DNA of 62,970 bases, filler included, from Choristocarpus tenellus KU-1152 (GCA_964200185.2; 13 parts of 13 records of this genome joined end to end with filler, not necessarily neighbours in it), one strand, 5' to 3'. Counted from the whole stretch's first letter, positions 26,385 through 39,741 are shown. Notes: generated from the sequence alone by a model not told the origin. Translations and numbers: made by a program.

Positions 26385-27237
26385 GTGAACACGGCCAAAA
26401 TGGTGCGCCATGGAGCTGGAAAACTCCTAGTGGACCTTGTTTCAAGTACAGACAGCGTTAAGGATTCTGCTATTCGACATCGAGCCTCAGCTGCCTTTCG
26501 AAACCTTCTTTGTGTATCTGTATGTTCCACCACCCTTCTCCCCCCCTCCACTCCTCCCCCTTTTCTTCCTTGGGTTTCCCTTGCTTTTCCCTCGTTTGCA
26601 ATCCTACAAAAAAGTGTTTTTGGAGATGATCAAAGTTGGGAATTGAGGAGACCAGGAAGTGCATGAGTGACTTCCTATTTCCATGTATGTGTATGTGACT
26701 GAGTAATTGCATGGAAAATTCAATGTTATCTTTGCTACACGTATCTTCAAGCACTGTTGTCCAGGCACGATGACTATGTTCAATGTATATGTCAAGTAGT
26801 TCAGATAGTGCGATGACTCTTCTGCAGTGACTTGTTGGTACTTCTTTAGAAAAGGATATTCAATTTGATAACCGTTCCCCCGTTCAATGACTTCAAATGC
26901 AAGTAGTACAGGTAGACATACAAGCATTTGGAAGTGGTGAGGATATGCTGTAGAAAGTCTGCAGCATGACTAGTCTCAGAACACATGGACCCTGCATCTG
27001 AACACTCCCCGCCCACAATGTTGCTGGTGATCTACACGTTGACAGGGCAATCATGTCCGCCTTGCCAAGGAGGGAGCTATTCCTGCCCTCATTAACCTGG
27101 CGGAAGGGGAGAGTAGGGGCGACGTCAGGTGCAACTGTGCCTCAGCTCTTCGCAGCATGACATGTAAGGCTGATGTACGCGAGCTGCTGGTAGAGAGTGG
27201 AGCAATCAATGTGATCTTAGAAGACGCCCAGGACCAG
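26385..27237 (+). CDS. Armadillo-repeat protein (Vac8-like), two internal exons
   Basis: Exons 26385-26519 (KMVRHGAGKLLVDL...RHRASAAFRNL) and 27046-27237 (NHVRLAKEGAIPALINL...CASALRSM...LVESGAINVI) join in phase 0. Confidence 0.78.
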
Positions 27238-27305
27238 GTGAGGCTCCTCTTGGTATGTCATTATGATCATATTTGTAGGAGCTGAACCCTGGGGGCATAA
27301 GCCGT

Positions 27306-27341
<36 letters not shown>

Positions 27342-27804
27342 AAGACATCGGAAAATACTCTTCAGTGTTGTTTTGGAATTTGGAGAACCTGGGAGGAAAA
27401 CATTAGATATACTGGCTACTGGTTCACTCCAAGTGCTTGATGAGGAATATACAGAACTACTGCCTACATTACATGACAATGCAACCCTCCTTAGGGATAC
27501 ACTGTTGAATTTCTGAGCACACCCAAGTCCCCTCCTATTGATTCAGCCAACCTGTTCTAGAAGGGATTGTTGTTGATAACGAGGAGTCTCTGTGACTGCT
27601 TGCTGAATTTGGTATTTTTGTGTGGGATCATGAATTTAGGAAAAGGAAATTTCATTTTATCTTGACGCACCTTCTAAATCCACACACTTGCAATGAGGAT
27701 GCCTACCTGTATTTGGGTCATGGACAGGGGGTGTCAGGCAGAACATTTTACAATCCCCCTTACGACCAAAATGATCTAAATCTATCCTCCTCTAGGTTAC
27801 TTTG

Positions 27805-27871
27805 GAGTGAAAGTATCTAAGAGGGTACGAGTTTTGCCCTGTTTGTCCATTTAGGGCTTGGCTTCCCACAG
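27805..27871 (-). mobile_element. MITE family A, partial (runs into contig end)
   Basis: GAGTGAAAGTATCTAAGAGGGTACGAGTTTTGCCCTGTTTGTCC. Confidence 0.85.
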
Positions 27872-28269
27872 NNNNNNNNNNNNNNNNNNNNNNNNNNNNN
27901 NNNNNNNNNNNNNNNTTAATTAATTAANNNNNNNNNNNNNNNNNNNNNNNNNNNNNNNNNNNNNNNNNNNNGGGGTGGGGGGGGGATGATAGTGGCCACC
28001 CCATTTCTTCCTATGAACTGTACCATAAACCAAAAGGTCGCCAACTTCTGAATCAAACAATTTGTTAAAGAGTAAGCTGGTGTAGCTTGTGGTTAGTGGA
28101 GACTGTTGACAAAGAGCGTGCTGGACAGGAGAAATGAAATCATTGTAGAGATGTAGTGGCAGATGCGTGAACTACCATAGCATGTCAGGCAATCCCCTTC
28201 AACATAATGATGACCAAGGAGTAGTATCGATGGTAGAAATGATCGTGATAACGAAAAATAATATCAAAC

Positions 28270-28427
28270 ATATTTTTCTAGGAATGAACTGTTTAATTGC
28301 TTGATATACAGCGGGAAGCATTTTACTCCTAGTCCTATTGGAGAGGAAACCATAATAGCGAATCATGCAAGAGTTACTGTCAGGTATGTGCATAATCAGA
28401 TGAGCAATAAACTCAAAACACTGTCAT
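28270..28427 (-). pseudogene. Fragment of a bacterial-type IS91-family (IS801/IS1294-like) rolling-circle transposase
   Basis: Translation FEFIAHLIMHIPDSNSCMIRYYGFLSNRTRSKMLPAVYQAI matches the C-terminal IS91-family pattern EFIxRxxxHIPxxxFxMxRYYGFLSNRxRxxLLPxVY. Confidence 0.72.
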
Positions 28428-28558
28428 AGCAGCATGCTCAATTGTATTGTTGTAATGATCAAGAAAGTTAAAAGTAACTTTCTGACCATCATACTTTGTA
28501 AATATGTACATATATAATGATGAGGATGATGAGATAGAGGACATGGTGTATAAATCAT

Positions 28559-28820
28559 GAGCCAAAGTATCTTAGAGGGTAGAGCCACGTCCGTTTGGGG
28601 GCAAAAATCCAATGTTGCGATTTTGATGTAATTTTGGCTATCGTGTTGTTAGGAAGTATCAGTACCCTTGTTCTGGACACCACTTCTCACAACATAGACA
28701 TTTTACCTACTCCCAGACCTATTGGAGTAGGAAAATGTCATATAAAAACCCGTGAGAAGTCAAGCACCAAACGGACAAACAGGGCAAAACTCGTACCCTA
28801 ACCCTAAGATACTTTCACTC
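28559..28820 (+). mobile_element. MITE family A copy
   Basis: TIRs; TCAT duplicated on both flanks; right TIR has extra bases giving CCCTAACCCTAA. Confidence 0.9.
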
Positions 28821-29649
28821 TCATTACAAACACCGTAATCCTTTATTATTCGACAATCGATACAATCAATGGAACCGGTGCACACCCTGTAACACCATCC
28901 TACGTCACCCCAACTTTTGTATTGCTGATTAGGCAACCACTCCTCAGCTATCCAAAACTATATGATCAAAGATTTCATGCAAGAAAGTAGACATCCACCC
29001 AGAGTCTTTCTCTATTGTCATCGACACACGCCCAACTAAACGGAATCTTAGTCTCTGAGAACACCTCTCCTTGTCCCTCTCACTCTTAATTTCTTTTACT
29101 GCTTCACACCCAGCTTTGTTTTTCTCACCTGAACTCAGAGGCTGGGCTCTGCCCTCCAGAAATATCAGTGGTCCCTGACATCTGTTGTGCACATTTTATA
29201 GCAGCTGCTGTAGCCTCTTCATCAGAAAGTGGGTAGTCCGCAGCAACTGGCGGCGTTTCTTCTTCGGGCCTTTCCTTCAGTTGATTGGACCAAAAGAGTG
29301 CAACGTCATGAGCTCAGAGAGGAGGGGTCCATGTGCCAGGGTAGAGGAAGAAAAGGGGAAAGGAATTGTGGGCAGGTTATTCATAATTGTTTGGGGTGAA
29401 GAATCTCCAAAGAATCTCCAACATCAGAGATAGAGACCAATAGAGGTTACAGCAGTCCATATAGCCGAATCAGACAGTCAGGTACTCACTAAATCTTATC
29501 ATTTCTGTCAGCGCCCTACAATTGAAGGGAATTGAGTGAGAAGAGATGCCTTGGAATAGTTTCTCACCAAATGTATAGTTTAGACGGATCGAAGGGAGCT
29601 AAAATGGGAGACAGCTGCAGTTGGGGTTGTCTGACAAGCACATGCTTGT

Positions 29650-30480
29650 CTGAAGCCGTTTTGTGCTGTCAGTTGTCAGAGGCCGAGTTTTTTGGTGGAC
29701 ACAACTGCACTTCGTACAACGGGGTACCTACCACCTTGAGCTCCTTTGCTTTGAGCTTGTACTCCTCAGTGAGTTGTTTAAGCACCTCCTCATCCTTGAC
29801 GCTACCCTCCTGTACCTTTTCGTGATACTTCATCTGCTCGTCGCAGGAGACACATACTGTCGGTTGTGGACGGCACTCGAGAAGGACGAAGTTGGCATTT
29901 CATTTGTGGAAAACAGGGTGGAGCGGGTGACGAGAATACGTACAGTTCTTCGATATCTCGCATGAGAGGCTAAAGGAGCCCTGTCACGACCTCCTTGTGC
30001 TCACACAACATAAGGCAACCAAAGCTATCTGCGACAGGGGGGGCTGCTGTTTCTGAGCTGCGTGCTTGAATGCTGTCACAATGGCAATGGAGTTAAAGAT
30101 TACAAAATGTGGTGAGGGAGGGTTGCATGTCTCAACAGACCTTCAAATGAGTGAACAGAGCTGCCTTCTCAGCATCAGATAGGTTCTCATTGTCCACGGA
30201 TACAGAAGCTGCGCTTCCCATGCCTGAGTCTGGAGTGTCGATGCGCCCACGTGCTGTGCGCTTCTTCCGACACCTTCCGCACCCTATCAACCCAAGGCCT
30301 TTCCGTTTGCCACCAGAAAAAAAGGTGAAATTTGTTGTGAGACTAATCTCAAAGAGGTGCTAGGCCCAACGGCAACTCACACCTCCAGTTACGTCGATGA
30401 GTATATCATCACTCTTCAGATGTCCAGCTATTTTGGTAGTGCTACCCACATGACTTTTACATGTCGTGCAATGAAACGCC
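29650..30480 (-). pseudogene. Decayed coding-like segment, possibly the N-terminal part of a DNA transposase
   Basis: Broken frames give GCGRCRKKRTARGR...AALFTHLK and TVCVSCDEQMKYHEKVQ...LTEEYKLK (CxxC followed by a helical stretch); many stops. Confidence 0.3.
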
Positions 30481-32380
30481 AAAAACGATTAATTATTGGT
30501 CGGTGGTAGTAGGTTCACAATCAAGTTGTTGATGACTTCCTATCAAAAAATAAAGTCGAAAAAATAACATTAGAAATGGTAGGTAAAGATTGCAACAATG
30601 CTAAAGCGAATCTCCATCTTCTCTTATTCAAAACTCAAAGTCACAACACCGATCTTTCAACTTCCACCTTCAGTCCGTCCAACTTACTTGATTCACTAGT
30701 TTTGTGTTGGTGTTGGAATTTATTACCCCTTCAGAGAGATGATCTACCCACTTCCATTTGGGCCAACCATCTCTAAAAAGAACTATAGATAATATACAAG
30801 ACAAAGATTCTACTCTGCTTGCAACGATGATGATTCCATCCTGTGGTGATATCAAGAATAGTCCAAATCTTGGTGGGTCAAGAAAAGGGGAGGGAGGGAC
30901 AAAAAGAGAGGATAAGGGAGTAGCTACAAACTTCATGGAGAATTTGTTACTACGAGAGAGAGGATGAAACAGATCGTAGTTTCACAGTATGGAGAGTATG
31001 AATGGAAGCGAACAATCTAGGGATTTGGGGGGGAGAGATAAATGTAAGAGGAGAAAAAAAGGCGTACAGGAACATCAGAAGAAAAAAGGATTGTTTGCAG
31101 AGAGGATTAGGGAAGATCAATTGGAGCGATAAAGGTGGGAGTTACAGGAAAAAATAATTTTTAGGCTGAGCTCCTGTTATGAATGAAAAACTCATAAAAG
31201 GGGGGGGGGCAGGTTTTGTTTGAAAGGGGGCCAAGGGTTGAAGGAAGACCTGCGACCAGGGAACCGTGGTTAGTTTTGTTTTTCATAGAGAAGACCTATT
31301 ACTGTGCAACTCTTGATATATCCAAAAGCTAGAAACCTACTCTATATGTCTTCCTCGACAATGAATTGTCTGTCATCGGATCCATCTTAGCTCCGTTGAG
31401 AGGGAGTCCCTACTAGCAGCAATAGTAGTAGTGCTACTGCTACTACTACGTATATTAACACAACTAGAAGAACATAAATATTTAGGTTGGTTGATACAAA
31501 ACATACTGTTAACACAAATTTTGAGCGCAAATACAGACACACACAACCACGCTCACAAACACACGTAGACAAACAGAGCATTATTGTGGCACACCAAAAC
31601 CCACCACTGAAGCCAAAAACTATTTTTTACATGCATAAATGCATACATACCTACCAGTGCATGTAGCTCACGGTCCCTTCTCTTAACTCTGCCCTTCCCT
31701 TCCCTCCTCCTGTCAAAATGTACACAGATCCGACTGATTTAAGCAAAAACCTTCGGGACACTGCACAAGGCACGCTCATGGGGGAAGACACACATCAATC
31801 TTGCACAGTTCTAATACCGCTGTACATTCGTGGTATCAAGAGGTATATGCCGTATGTTTGAAGTAGCGTCCCTCAACTTTATTTAGCGGGTAGGACTCTT
31901 CTACACCAATAATGATATTATTATCACTGAACGACAAAATTATTATTACCAGCACTTTCTGGTCGCATCAGATTTCCCAATATATCACAGCACCAGTAAC
32001 AGGAGGGGTGCATTTTTTTTGTTTAATCGTAGTAGAAACTTTTCGTCGTGTAGATGGAACCAAATAGTGCACATTTTATTATATGAAGTTTCCTTTCACT
32101 AGGAAAAACGATACGATGTGCTACTACTACTGAAGAACAATGAACTAATCTAGATATCGTGTTGCACGCATGTGCATCGTGATCGTGTCAATATGCAAAA
32201 CAAAGATTAAACCAGAACCCAAGATAACAAGACAATTCAGTCCTGGTCAAGCGATACTACCTATCTGCGGTCGATCTTGAAAAAACAGATATTAGCATCA
32301 TTACTGTTAGTAAGCGAGGTGTGAAAAAGCGAAAAAAATTCAGCCAAGCGACGCACACAACTCCCTGGACCTCCCACGTA

Positions 32381-32381
<1 letters not shown>

Positions 32382-32416
<35 letters not shown>
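32382..32416. repeat. (TG)n microsatellite
   Basis: Direct observation. Confidence 0.9.
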
Positions 32417-32417
<1 letters not shown>

Positions 32418-34738
32418 ACAGATAGAATGCAACGCATAATCAATGCTTACAAGAAGTCCAGAAAGGTAGACACCTGCTACTATACACCACTCCTCTGACC
32501 GCACCACCCTTGGGGTTCAAACAGGTTATTGTCACCCTGCACCTACCTCTCTCCCCCAGCCCTCACAACAAAACAAGACTTGCTGACCATGCTCTTAGCA
32601 GTCTCCACACACAGCACACCACAACCTAGGGCATACCAATTCCTATAGTATAATGCTTTCACGCCACAAACATCAAAAACAATCTGCATTCCTGTTCAAG
32701 GTAGAGGATCACCTAGGTGCCGCTAATGCCACTCCAGGTGGGAGTCTGCCGCAACATCACTCAGCATCCATCAATCAAATAGCTGCCTGCTGCATAACAG
32801 CACAATGGAAGTAGTGCAGCACCACACACATCATACACACTACAACAAGTTGCCACCCCCAAAAGTGGGAGAAGCAAGTTGATGCATTTCATGAGCATCC
32901 TCTCCCCCTCAATTTTTTTCCCTGACAAGTACTACACAAGGCACACACACACTTGCATAAATACGCACATAAATATAGATCCTTCCCTGTCCCCCTCCCC
33001 TCCAAAAACAAAAAAGACTCTGTGGGTCATTCTGTCACACAAGAGTTCACCGCAAACCAATCGTGCTTGCTTGAACTGCTACTACCAGTGCATTTCTGAG
33101 GTGTACCTCTAATAGACTCCATGGTGCCCATACAACCTCATCCTGGAATAGGTTGCACTCAAAAAGGTGCAAACAATGAACAAAATTAATGAACAAGAAC
33201 CTGAGGACACAGCTCACTCAGGCACCCACAAAAAATAACATGAAAATAAACAAGCCACTCGCACTCCTCTCACATAGCGCCGCCCACACTGAGTGTACAC
33301 CAACCAAAACACACAAAATAAACAACATACCACAGCAGTCATGCCAGGTCACAAAACAAAGCCACGATGGGCCCTGCCAGTCACAGCTGTTTCTTAGTCG
33401 CTCTTTTCAAGCACCGACCCATGTTAAGAGAGAGAGATGCAAGAGATACAAAAGGAACCACCGCAGTCTGCAAGGGCACAAGCGTCTGTGTCTTAAAATG
33501 CATCCAATCAACAGTAAACTAGCTACAACTACTACTTACAAAAGAAGCAGCATGTGCACATTGCTCTCATAATTTCCCCCAAAGAACCATCCCCATCCAA
33601 ACAACTGTTCGACCTCCGACCATAACATAGTTTCATTTTCATAAACTAGAACTCACTACCACTATAATATAATAACAATATCATAACAGGGCAATGGAGG
33701 AGGGGCTCAGCAACAACCGAGTCTAACCCTGCCCTCAGTCATACCATTATTCATTCTACATGTCACTCAACAGGAGACCCGCCTACCCTCCCTCATGTTC
33801 TCGCTTCATCATGCCCTCCATGAAACCAAAAAGGCTCCACAACTCCTCCGCTACCCACAAAAAAATAAAAAATAAAAGGGCAGTCGTTTCTTGATCAGAC
33901 CACAAAATCGAAGTGAAAAACGAATCGACACCGAAACAACACACATGAGAGTAATCCTTCCCGTTGAATAACAACTCCTGGAGATCTAGCTGCCCCAGAC
34001 CCAAGCAAAGCTCAACAATTACTCGATATTTTTTTTCTTTTTAAACCACCGCCTTCCTCCCCGGAAAACTTCTTTCGAACTTCAATGCGTGTGGCGCAAG
34101 AGCAGATTCAAACACGCCCCCAAATGACTCCCCGCCATCCACAACATTACCAACTCCTGTGTCTACAAGTCCCTGTACACAGCCGTTAGATGATCACCTA
34201 TCAGTGAAAAGGAGAACAAATTCAGTGCCCGTGATTGTTCTTCCCCTCCACGCCGTGCCAATGCCGCCTATACCGCCTTCTAATGGGTGTCCAACACTAT
34301 GCCTTGTTCGTCTCTCATCCACGCATCCCTCTCAAGGTGTGTACATACCTCTTTTTGCTCACTGCCCTAACCCCAACACTGGAAACAGTTGACAAAAAAG
34401 AAAGAGAGACTGCACAGTACAAAAAGCAGCACCTCTTTCTTTTCTTTTTTCTCTCGGGCTCTTGATTTTTTCTCTCGATCACTACTGATACTAGTTTTAC
34501 TCTTATTCAGCCAGCCACAGCCCACGCCCTCCCACACGGAAAAGGCAACCATGTCCCCAACCCCACAAGCATGAAAAAAAAAANNNNNNNNNNNNNNNNN
34601 NNNNNNNNNNNNNNNNNNNNNNNNNNNTTAATTAATTAANNNNNNNNNNNNNNNNNNNNNNNNNNNNNNNNNNNNNNNNNNNNCCCCCCCCCCCCCCCTC
34701 CCCCCTCCCACCCCCCCCACGGCCGCAAGCGCGAAGGG

Positions 34739-34794
<56 letters not shown>

Positions 34795-35323
34795 TCTTAA
34801 CAGTAAGACCTATTGTTCAAGACTCAAAAATACGCATACATGCAGAATATACTGCACCATACGAAATGTGCATTTTTGCTCTCTTGTAGGTGTTTTGAAT
34901 TTAAAAGTACCAAAATTTCTCGTTGGCATTTTTCAAAACAGGTACAACACGGTAAATATTTCTCACCAAGGAACTTTGCACTTCTGACATAGAACAGATT
35001 GATCGATCCATGGCATATCAATGGTACGTTCTTACCTAGTGGAAACAACATTCCACCAACACATCTATCTGCATTTACATGCTCTGGACTATGAAGTAGT
35101 ACAAAATCTGAGCACACAGCCATGTTGCAACGCTAGCCTATTCCAAAATCTGAGCCTTTTCCACTACTATATAGCAATTTGTACAACAATAGCACAGGCA
35201 ACTTTGGGACAATACACCTGCGACTTTACATATTCAAGGTCACAAAACAATCGTTTGACTTGGGCCTCAAAGCACCGAAATAATCTCTCATGAACTACTT
35301 CAGAGCATCAAATCTCATGTTTG

Positions 35324-35400
35324 GTACCACAAGGTACCACCAAAGTACCACCAAAGTACCACCAAAGTACCACCAAAGTACCACCAAAGTACCACCAAAG
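35324..35400. repeat. 11-bp minisatellite (GTACCACCAAA) x~7
   Basis: Direct observation. Confidence 0.92.
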
Positions 35401-37177
35401 CAAAAGTCCCTCAATCATTTGCGTGAGTTCCATCACAGAGCCAGTCAGGTCAATCGCAAAAGATCTCGGTTGCTGGCACAAAAAAACACAAGTCAAGCAC
35501 CATCAGCATTTGATCAATGAAACACCTTCAGCTACTGTCTTTTACTTGACAATGTCATCAAGGAAGTCACTCAATGCCATCACTCACACCTTTATCCGCT
35601 CAAGGCATGTAGACACCTTTCATGTGTCGCCTTTGGTTAAGAATATGCTTTTTATTCATGTGTAAAAGATTATTCTGTAGGAGAAACATTGAGTCTATTT
35701 TAACTATTGTTGGATAACGGGATAATCGATAGTAATGTCTTTGTCAGGCAACTACACAATACTAGGGTTAGGGTTATTATAGGACAACAAGAAGAATCCT
35801 AGAAAAGGAATGTTGTACCAAGTAACACAGATTGAGTGACAAGTTATTAGTGATCAGGGATGAGTAAAAGGTTTATCATCCCCCCTTCTTGAATGGTGTG
35901 TATCACTCCAACTTTCCAACTCCTACAACATAACTGAGAAGGAATTATCAAAACTTGGGACTCTACACATTCCTTAACAGCTTTGTTGACAACCAAAGCT
36001 AACCCTCCTTTCTTGAATCAGACACACACTTATCCAGAGGTGAATCAGCAATGGCAACAGTACAAGAGGACCTGGCAATGTCCATGGGAAATCCAACTCT
36101 TGCAGGTGTTACGCACAGAGGAACCCTTGGTGATCATCAATGGCATTGGATATGGTGGTACTGTAGTTGTGCTTGCAGCCTTGTCTGGCAAAGTATCGGT
36201 TTGGGGAGGCATGAATGCACTAAAAAAGGAGGACCCAGCGAGGGGCATGAGCTTCAATGGGGGCAACTTCAAAAAAAGCACACTGCTGGTCTGGAAGGTC
36301 TGGGATCAATAAGGTACATTAGACCCTAGATAAACCGGTAGTACAAAAACATTGACCAATCAAAGACATCTCTTTAGAACAAAAAAGAAATAGTTAAAAG
36401 AAATAGTTAAATCTCAATGTTGAACACCTGCGCAAAACTTCCCCCTTCTTCAATCCAGTCTAAGTCAAGACCTGCAACATCATTCCAAGATAGGAAAGAC
36501 TCGGATAATTTTCTCCTCTTACTACACATACACCTTTCCATTTTCCATCACCCAATCAAGTCCTCCACAGTACCTCTCCCTCCCCCTCAAGTCCAAGTCC
36601 TCCACATAAACACACACACGGCAATAGTGCTTCTTCCACCACCAACAGCCACTATCATCTCTAGAATCATCTCTAGAATCATCTCTAGAATCACCTCTAG
36701 AGGTACAGAAGGCACATGTAGCATGGGAAACTCAAAAGACTCCCCATAACCCCTCAGTACTAATCAACCAATCCTACATGTACGTACACACTGCATACAA
36801 AAAAAAAATCCAGCGATTGAAATGAAACTGTCATGAAACTGTCGAAAAAGTGTGGGGAGAAAGTGAGACCCTCAGAAGTACCCTGGTATACAAATTCCAC
36901 TAGTGCCCACGGAGGAAGTTACATATATTAAATTATATATTATGTTGATGAATATATATATTAAATTATATATTATATTGATGAATATATATATGATGAA
37001 TGGGTACAAAGGTTCTGGTCACATCAGACAACAGCAATCAAAAAATTACAAACTGACTTGCTCTTCCCCCCCCAGCACACCACCCAGCTCCTCTTGCCCA
37101 CGCACCAACCCACCTTTGACAACCCTTATTCACCTTTGACAACCCTAACCCTAACCTTTGACAACCCTAACCCTAAC

Positions 37178-37333
37178 CTTTGTGGCGACAACAAGAAGCT
37201 TGAACTGTGCACCTCTGGAGGCAATGTATTCCACGATTTCCATGTCTGACGCCAGCGGTTCACGCCTGGAATCGACTAACAGAACCAACAGCTTCAGATT
37301 AGACCGTCCATCCAGGTACTTTTGAAGGAATAC
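37178..37333 (-). CDS. Exon of an EngB/YihA(YsxC)-family GTPase
   Basis: AG/GT-bounded 156-nt exon VFLQKYLDGRSNLKLLVLLVDSRREPLASDMEIVEYIASRGAQFKLLVVATK, matching YL..R.NL...LLVD.R and the TK of the G4 TKxD motif. Confidence 0.82.
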
Positions 37334-37737
37334 CTGAACAGGAGAACAGGGGGAAGGGGACAAACAAGGCCCAGAGCAGCGAGTCAAGAGAAGGCGGGAT
37401 GCATCAATATCACAGGGGGGTTGTGAAGAGAGCAACAGGCAATCTATGTCTAGAGTGAATTAACACAACAGCAGCAACAACAATCAGGGACGCCTCTTCT
37501 CTCCACAAGAACCGTAGACGGTCTCTCAATACCGCCTCCTGTGCAACCTCACACGTCATTCTCTTTGACTTGGTGTTGTTTGACTAGTGTTTGACTAGTG
37601 TTTGACTAGTGTTTGACTACCAAGCCTTCGGGAAGGCAGTGGTGGGATAAAAGCATGAGAGCACGATGCAATTAATGAAACTGTCACACTAATCACAAAA
37701 GGTTGGATCGCTGGTGGAATATAGAAACTTGTCGAGG

Positions 37738-37842
37738 AGACAAGGGAGGAACTACTACAGACAAGGGAGGAACTACTACAGACAAGGGAGGAACTACTAC
37801 AGACAAGGGAGGAACTACTACAGACAAGGGAGGAACTACTAC
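37738..37842. repeat. 21-bp minisatellite (GACAAGGGAGGAACTACTACA) x5; nearby 11-bp TGTTTGACTAG x4 at ~37577-37619
   Basis: Direct observation. Confidence 0.92.
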
Positions 37843-38310
37843 ATAAATTCTCAAAACTAAACTGGACAAGGCAACAGGTACACAAACCGCCTTGCAGTGA
37901 AAGAGTGTGTAAGTATCGTGTCTGGAAGTATTGTGCAAACTGCGGCATCAGGCATCAGGGTGGTAAGAGGTGGGGCCCCCCGCAATTAGATGTCAGGAGA
38001 GGTGACCTTAAACACAAGGTGAAATATTGGAACAATCCGCANNNNNNNNNNNNNNNNNNNNNNNNNNNNNNNNNNNNNNNNNNNNTTAATTAATTAANNN
38101 NNNNNNNNNNNNNNNNNNNNNNNNNNNNNNNNNNNNNNNNNCCCCAAGATACTATGGGTTACCCCTGCATCGTCTGAGTGTCAGTATGTTTACAGTACTT
38201 TTGAGTATACTATACATGGATGCCCTCTTTTGGTTCAATTTATCCTATATATATATATATATCTTATTATCATTCCTTTGCTACGTTGTGGAGCATCCCT
38301 ATGTCCCCAC

Positions 38311-39741
38311 CTGTTGGGCGATCTCTTTGCTGGGCGTGCTGTGAAGGCAATGTCAGTGAGACTACTACGGTGGGTATCTCCAATTCCCTCCAGTCTCACC
38401 TGTTACAGTGCATAAATGGATAGACATAAATCCACAGAATGCAGTATATCTAAGAAAAAAAGTGGGGAGTCATTTGGGAAAAAATCAGAGATCTGTCAGG
38501 AAACACATTTACCCATTATATTCCATTGAAGCAGCAAGTTCACCCTGAGAAAAGAGTCAAAGTATCTTAGGGGGTAGAGTCACGTCCGTTTGGGGGTCAA
38601 AATCCAATGCTTCAATTTGATTTAATTTTGGCTATCGTGTTTGTTAGGATGTATCAATATCCTTGTTCCGGACACACCTTTTCATACTTTAATACATTAT
38701 ACCTACTCCAAACTATCTCGGAATAGGAAAATGTCTTAAAAACCCGTGGGAAGCCAAGGCTGAAACAGACAAACAGGGGAAAACTCGTACCCTCTAAGAT
38801 ACTTTCACTCAAAAGTCAAGATGGTTTTCAGAACGGCATAACTGTGAGGTAGACAACTATTGCGGACGGTGCATTACATTCATCATACACCCTACTCGGT
38901 TCCTCCAATAATGTCCCACTATCTTGTCCAAAGACCTTTTTCAGGAAAATAAATCCTTGATTTTTCCGTTTTCATTTGTTCCCCACTACTCTCCCCTCCC
39001 AATATTGTGTTTCCTCTGCTGATCAAGCAACGATGATATGGTATTCTGCAGTTGAGGGTATTCTGCAACTGTTAGCCTACAAGCAATTGAAACCCTGAGG
39101 ACCAGAGAGAAGAGAGCAATACGATTTTGTTGTATAGGAGAAAGAGTACGAGAAGGACAAGGCGCCGTTTTTTATTACTCACTTCGTTGACCCTGACTGT
39201 GCTAGGATGCCCCAGGAGCCCAGTTGGGTCATCGCTGACAATGTCATTCACCAGGTTCATGTAGTGGAACTCTTCCTCTTCTACATCACAGCCATCTCTG
39301 TAGAATCTTGTTAGGATTGGTGAGAGGGGGAGTAGAATATTTTTCGACAGGAAACGCTCGAAAATAAATAGGATGTTATCCACTCAAGATTTTCTATTCC
39401 CAGTGTACATTGAAACGGTTTGAGGTATCAATGAAAAAGATTAAAAAAAATCACAGCTCGTGTTGATACCTTGCCCCTGGAAGAGGGAGATGTTAATAAT
39501 ATGACAAGGAGAAGGTACTGTTCGAGAGCATGTGGTGAGGTCGGTCCTGGCTGCCAAGGATCCCTTGCAGCGTATGGCATACAATTATAAAAAAAAATAT
39601 AATAGTTTTGAAGTCATTAGCAACAAGCAATCTCACTTGACGAGCTCACAGGCCTGGGACCCGGTCACGTGCATGTTGAGGGCGCGTAGGGCTCCTCTTA
39701 GCTCGTCCTTGCAGGTCTTGCCGTTCTGATCTACATCCCAG
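38311..39741 (-). CDS. EF-hand protein, internal exons (a further exon may lie near 40150-40280)
   Basis: Exon 39741-39637 WDVDQNGKTCKDELRGALRALNMHVTGSQACELV (EF loop DxDxNG) splices to 39306-39183 KFYRDGCDVEEEEFHYMNLVNDIV, then probably to 38398-38311. Confidence 0.68.
38554..38810 (+). mobile_element. MITE family A copy (intronic)
   Basis: TIRs; AAAA on both flanks. Confidence 0.9.

Noticed and set aside
34684-34792. Long poly-C/poly-G runs (also 62919-62970) as G-quadruplex elements
   Set aside because: They sit at contig ends and are typical sequencing or assembly artefacts.
35324-37842. Short direct-repeat arrays as possible CRISPR arrays
   Set aside because: Head-to-tail minisatellites with no unique spacers; no cas genes; eukaryotic context.
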